A stretch of 64,000 nucleotides of DNA from the human T2T-CHM13v2.0 reference genome, Homo sapiens. Position 1 is the stretch's first letter, and the number at the start of each line of letters is the position of its first letter. The notes under the pieces are model-generated. The model had not been told where the DNA came from, searched no databases, and saw only the letters and a program-made list of their open reading frames with translations. Where the stretch lies: assembly GCF_009914755.1 (NCBI RefSeq), contig NC_060935.1. One strand, 5' to 3'. The position numbers were made by a program, and so were the translations under genes. Positions 58,946-64,000 of this stretch are shown in pieces.

Positions 58946-60080
58946 TAAAAAGTCTTTTTAAAGTCTTAGAAATAAAATTCAAAGGTGAATAATTTAGTGT
59001 AAATCATAATTAACCACACAAAGAAATAAGGTATCATGGGCAAGGACTAGTAGAAATGAAAACAGAGAGATTCAGAAGACAAAAAATCCAGTAATGGAAT
59101 TATCAGAGTTTATATAATAACATGCTCCATAAGTATAAATAAACGACAGAAATGCTTGAGAAGCATGTGTAGGAAATGAGAAACTATAAAGAATTGCAAA
59201 GCAGACTTGAAAAAGAGAAAAATAGACTTTCTAGACATAAAGTCATAAAATAATTATAATTGAAAACTCAGTATATAGAACTCCCTTTTCCCTGAAGATG
59301 AAATAGGTGTACTTTTCCCTATTCTTCCTGCCAAGTACAGCTGAAGTCCCTGTACATTATATGTAAAATAAACATTAGACTTTGGAAGATGTGCAGAAGA
59401 AGGGAGACCAGATAGGGACTTTGGGACTGAAGGAGTGACACAGTAATGAGTTCTCTACATTTTCTTCCTGCCTCATATATCCCAGACTTGGAAGTGAAGA
59501 AGCGAGCAGTTTGCAAATGCCAACATGCACAGACAAGGAAAGGCCCAACAAAGGCTTGCTCTTTCCAGCCAGAAGACCAGGAAAGGAGAACGCAGAAAGA
59601 CAGAAAACTTCTAAACAGTAACTGCTATACTCTAGCCAAACACCAAAGAAAAACTGTGATTCCTCCACCACCCATGTCTGCAAAGGCCAAGTGGGGAGTG
59701 TAGATTTACACTACTCGACACTAATGAAGCACCCCAACCCCTGCGGGGTAATGTCAGAGAAGACTGAGTAGGGAGCTGGGACTCTCATCCCTGCTAGATA
59801 GTAACAAGTTTCCCTCCCCACTGCAGTGTCAGTGAGGACCACGTTGGGAGTCATACCTGGCAGTCATGAGGAGCTCTTCTCCTTATGTGTCAATGGAGGC
59901 TGGGTGGAGAACTTGCACTTCTAGCCCTGACTGGTAATAATCAGGTGGTGCCACCCTGTTATCCCCTGCTGGAGTGGTTATTTAAAAAACAGCTAAAACA
60001 GATAATTTAAATACAATTCAGATTCTTATAACATAATATCTAAAATGTACAGGTTTAATAGAAAGCCACTTGCTGTACTA

Positions 60081-60467
60081 TGTTAGTCTGCTCAGGCAGC
60101 CGTAACAAAATACTATAGACTGGATGGTATTTATTTATTTCTCAGAGTTCTGGAGGCTGAAAAGTCTCCAGATCAAGGTGCCAGCCCAATCAGTTCCTAG
60201 TGAGGGCTGTCTTCCTGGCTTTCAGACGACAGCCTTCTCACTCGGTCCTCATGTGGCCTTTCCTCTCTGCTCACAAGAGGAAACAGACAGCAAGTTCTCT
60301 GCTGTCTCTTGTTATAAGGGCACTAATCTCATCAGACAAAGGGCCCATCCTCATGACTACATCTAACCCTAATTATCTCCCAAAGGCCCCATTTTAAAAT
60401 ACCAGCACATTGGGGGTTAGGGGTTCAACATGTTAATTTGTAGGACTCAAACATTTAGTCCATGACA
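60081..60467 (-). mobile_element. MLT1A-like MaLR LTR
   Basis: TTAGTCTGCTCAGGCAGCCGTAACAAAATAC...ACATTTAGTCCATGACA. Confidence 0.8.
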
Positions 60468-62085
60468 CAAACCAAAAACCAGAAAGATCCTAAACTTAAT
60501 CAAAATGGACAATGCATAGATGCCATCAGCAAGATGACAGAAATGTCAGAATTATCTGATAAAGATTTTAAAGCAGTATTGTAAAAATCACTTAATGAGA
60601 AATTATGAACACACTTGAAACAAATGAAAAAATGGACTGTCTAAGCAGACAGATAAAAGGGGAAGGAACAAATGGAAATTTTAAAATGGAAAAGTACAAT
60701 GACTGAAATAAAAACACTCAGTGGATAGACTCAACAACAGAATAGAGGAGACAGAAAAAAAACCAGTGAACTGGAAAATAGAACATCAAAAATTGCCCAA
60801 TTGTAACAACAGTGAGAAAATAGACTGAAAAAAACATTAACATGGCCTTAGAGACCTGTGAGACCCTAGCAAAAGATGGAACATTGCTGTCATACAGCCC
60901 CAGGAGAGGAGAAAGAGAGTGAGGCTAAAATGGTATTGAAGACATAATGGCTGAAAATTCCCCGAATTTGGCAAGAGACATAAACCTACAGAGTTAAAAA
61001 GCTGAGAAAAACCCACACAGGATAAATCTAAAGAAATCCACATCATGGCACATTAAAGCCAAATTTCTGAAAACTGAAGACAAAGAAAAAATCTTGCAAG
61101 GTACAGTGGCTCATGCCTGTAATCTCAGCACTTAGGGAGGCCAAGGTGGGAGGACGACTTGAGACCAAGAGTTTGAGACCAGCCTGGGCAGCATAGCGAG
61201 ACCCTGTCTCAATTTAAAAAAGAATATATATATAAAATATATATGTGTGTGTGTGTGTGTGTGTATGAATAAAAAAAGTAAAAACAATCTTGAAAGCAGC
61301 AAGAGAGAAATAACATCTTGTATATAGGGCAAAAATAATTCAAATGACTGCCAATTTCTCATCAGAAACAATGGAGGCCAGAAGAAAATGGCACAACCTT
61401 TTTCAAGTGCTGAAAGAAAAGAACTGTTGACCTAGAATCTTATATCCAGTGAAAATATCATTCAGGAATGAAGTAGAAATCAAGACATTTATGAACAAAG
61501 GAAAATAAAGGAAGCAAAGGAGAATTTGTTTCCCGTAGACCACTAAAAGAACAGTTAAAAGAAGTTCTCTAAACGTAAAGGAAACAATAAAAGAGGAAAT
61601 CGTATAACATCAAAATGGAAGAATAAATGTGGTATGGGAAAATTTGGGCAAATAAATACAAACACTTATTCTCCTTTTGAATTTTCTAAAGTGTGTTAGA
61701 TAGTTGCAGCGAAAATTGTAACACTGCCTGATACGGTCCTAAATGCAGAGAAAGGAAATTTTTAAGACAATTGTATCATAAATGGGGGATTAAATGAATT
61801 TAAAGGGAGGTAAGATTTCCAGTTTCATTCAAACTAGTGAATGATAACCTAGTAGACCGTGATAATGTACATATGTATAATATCTACAGCAATAACTTAA
61901 AAAGCCATACAAAGACATACAGTAAAAATACTACAGACAAATAAAAACAGAGCTCTAAAAAATGTTCAAGTAACACACAGGAAAGCAGGAAAAACAAAAC
62001 AGAGAGAAAAAATAGAAAACAAGAAACAAAATAGCAGAATGAAGCCTTAACATACCAAGAAATGCATTAAATGTAAATGATTTAA

Positions 62086-62197
62086 CTCACAAATCACCAC
62101 TAAAGAACTTGTTCATGTAACCAAATACCACCTGTTCCCCAAAAACCTATGGAAATAAAAAAAATATTATTAAAAATAAATAAGTACATTTCACCAA
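62086..62197 (+). mobile_element. Very short 5'-truncated L1PB-like 3' end with a 17-bp TSD
   Basis: CACCACTAAAGAACTT...CATGTAACCAAATACCACCTGTTCCCCAAAAACCTATGGAAATAAA; TSD aaatgtaaatgatttaa. Confidence 0.85.
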
Positions 62198-62819
62198 AAA
62201 TGTAAATGATTTAAATATAGCAATTAAAATACAGAAATTGGCAGACTAAATTAAGAAACATGACCTAACTATATGTTACCTACAAAAACTTCACTTCAAA
62301 TATAAAACACAGGCAGGTTGAAAATGAAAGGATGGGAAAAAGAGATAGCATGAAAACACTTATCAAAAGAAAGTAGGAATAACTACTAATATCAGATAAA
62401 GATGACCTCAGAGCAAAGAAAATTACCAGAGACTGAGAGGAACGGGGTACCCTACAACACGGCTGATCAGTATTTTTCAATGCTCGCAAGATAATCAAAA
62501 AACAAAGACAGTCTGAGAAACTGTCACAGCCAACAGGAGCCTAAGAAGCTATGACAACTAAATGTATTGTGATATTCTGGGTGGGATCCTGAAACAGGAA
62601 AAGGTCATCAGGTAAAAATTACTGAAATCTGAATAAACTATGGACTTTAGTTCACAATCATGTATCAATATTGGTTCATTAATTGTGGCAAATGTATCAT
62701 ACTAACAAAGATGTTCATAATAAGACAACTTTTGTGCAGAGGACGTGTGGGAACTCTTTGTACTATCTGCTCAATTTTTCTGTAAATCAAAAACTGTTAT
62801 ATTTAAAAAAAAAGTATTT

Positions 62820-63125
<306 letters not shown>

Positions 63126-63373
63126 AATTAATTTTTTAAAAATAACAAGTGATCTCTTAGATATTAAGAAAAATGATGGCCAATATAAAAGTAATCAAAG
63201 TAGAAAATGCTGAAATACTGCCATTAGCTTATTAAGTTTAATGTTCACATACCTTCTGCTAAAGCAATTGTGATCCTAGATATTTTCTAGGATTCAGGTA
63301 CTGGAATGTTATAGCAGCAAAACCCTGGAAATAAGCAAATGCCCATCAACAGGAGAATGGATAAATATGCCAT

Positions 63374-63850
63374 TGTGATGTTTAATGTTATGTATTCTCC
63401 TGACTGGGCCATGGGGAGCCCAGATATTTGGTCAAATATTATTTTGAGTATTTCTATAAGGGTGTTTCTGGATGAGATTAGCATTCAAATCAGTAGACTG
63501 AGTAAAGCAGACTGTCTTCCCTAATGTGGGTGGGCCTCAAACACAAAGGCTGATTCTCCCCCAGTCAGAGAGAATTCTTTCCTGCCTGGCTGCCTTTCAG
63601 CTGAGATATCAGGTTTTCCATGTATTTGGACTTAAAGTGAAACATCAGCCATTCCTAGGTCTTGAGCCCGCCAGCTCAGACAGGAATGACAACATCAGTG
63701 CTCCTGGTTCTCAGGCCATTGGACTCAGACTGAAACAAAACCATTGGCCCACCTCCATAATCACATGAGCCAAATTCCTTATAATAAATCTATCTATTTA
63801 TACTTACACATTCTATTGGTTGTGTTTCTCTGGAAACCCTGACTAATACA
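63374..63850 (+). mobile_element. MLT2 (ERVL) solo LTR
   Basis: TGTGATGTTTAATGTTATGT...TTTCTCTGGAAACCCTGACTAATACA. Confidence 0.85.
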
Positions 63851-64000
63851 GTCACATTATATCAAATCAGATGGAGACGTTTCAAAAAAGGAAAATTACA
63901 GGACCACTCCATTCATGAATATGGATATAAAAAGTCCTTAAAATATTAGCAAATCTAAGCCAAAGGGAGTAAAAAAGCAATCATACCATTGCTTAATTGA

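Larger units (their letters stand above)
59280..62445 (+). mobile_element. Old L1M element retaining 5'UTR, ORF1 and the start of ORF2
   Basis: ORF1-like AAAATCTTGAAAGCAGCAAGAGA and TTTCTCATCAGAAACAATGGAGGCCAGAAG; EN-like AAATGTAAATG. Confidence 0.75.

Overview
Human/primate genomic DNA. The left end holds the 5' part of CLPB (mitochondrial Skd3 disaggregase) on the minus strand: CpG-island promoter, coding exon 1 (6547-6949) and 52-nt exon 2 (2787-2838). From recall this is the 11q13.4 CLPB-PDE2A interval. The other ~57 kb is repeat-dense intergenic DNA: about 55 Alus, old L1/L2/MIR, at least three ERVL internal remnants, MaLR/ERVL/ERV1 LTRs and DNA-transposon MITEs. Hidden in it is a heavily decayed three-exon ecto-ADP-ribosyltransferase (ART2/RT6) pseudogene on the plus strand (50653-53166), with signal-peptide, catalytic (YRG...EDE) and GPI-anchor exons; the ORF track shows only scraps of it. 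Also notable: three locally templated insertions (one with poly(A) and a TSD), an out-of-frame uORF overlapping the CLPB start, a duplicated CTCF-like 17-mer inside CLPB coding exon 1, and a short L1 with an apparent 3' transduction. No new intact protein-coding system was found. Repeat subfamily names and homologue alignments are by eye from recall, not from searches.
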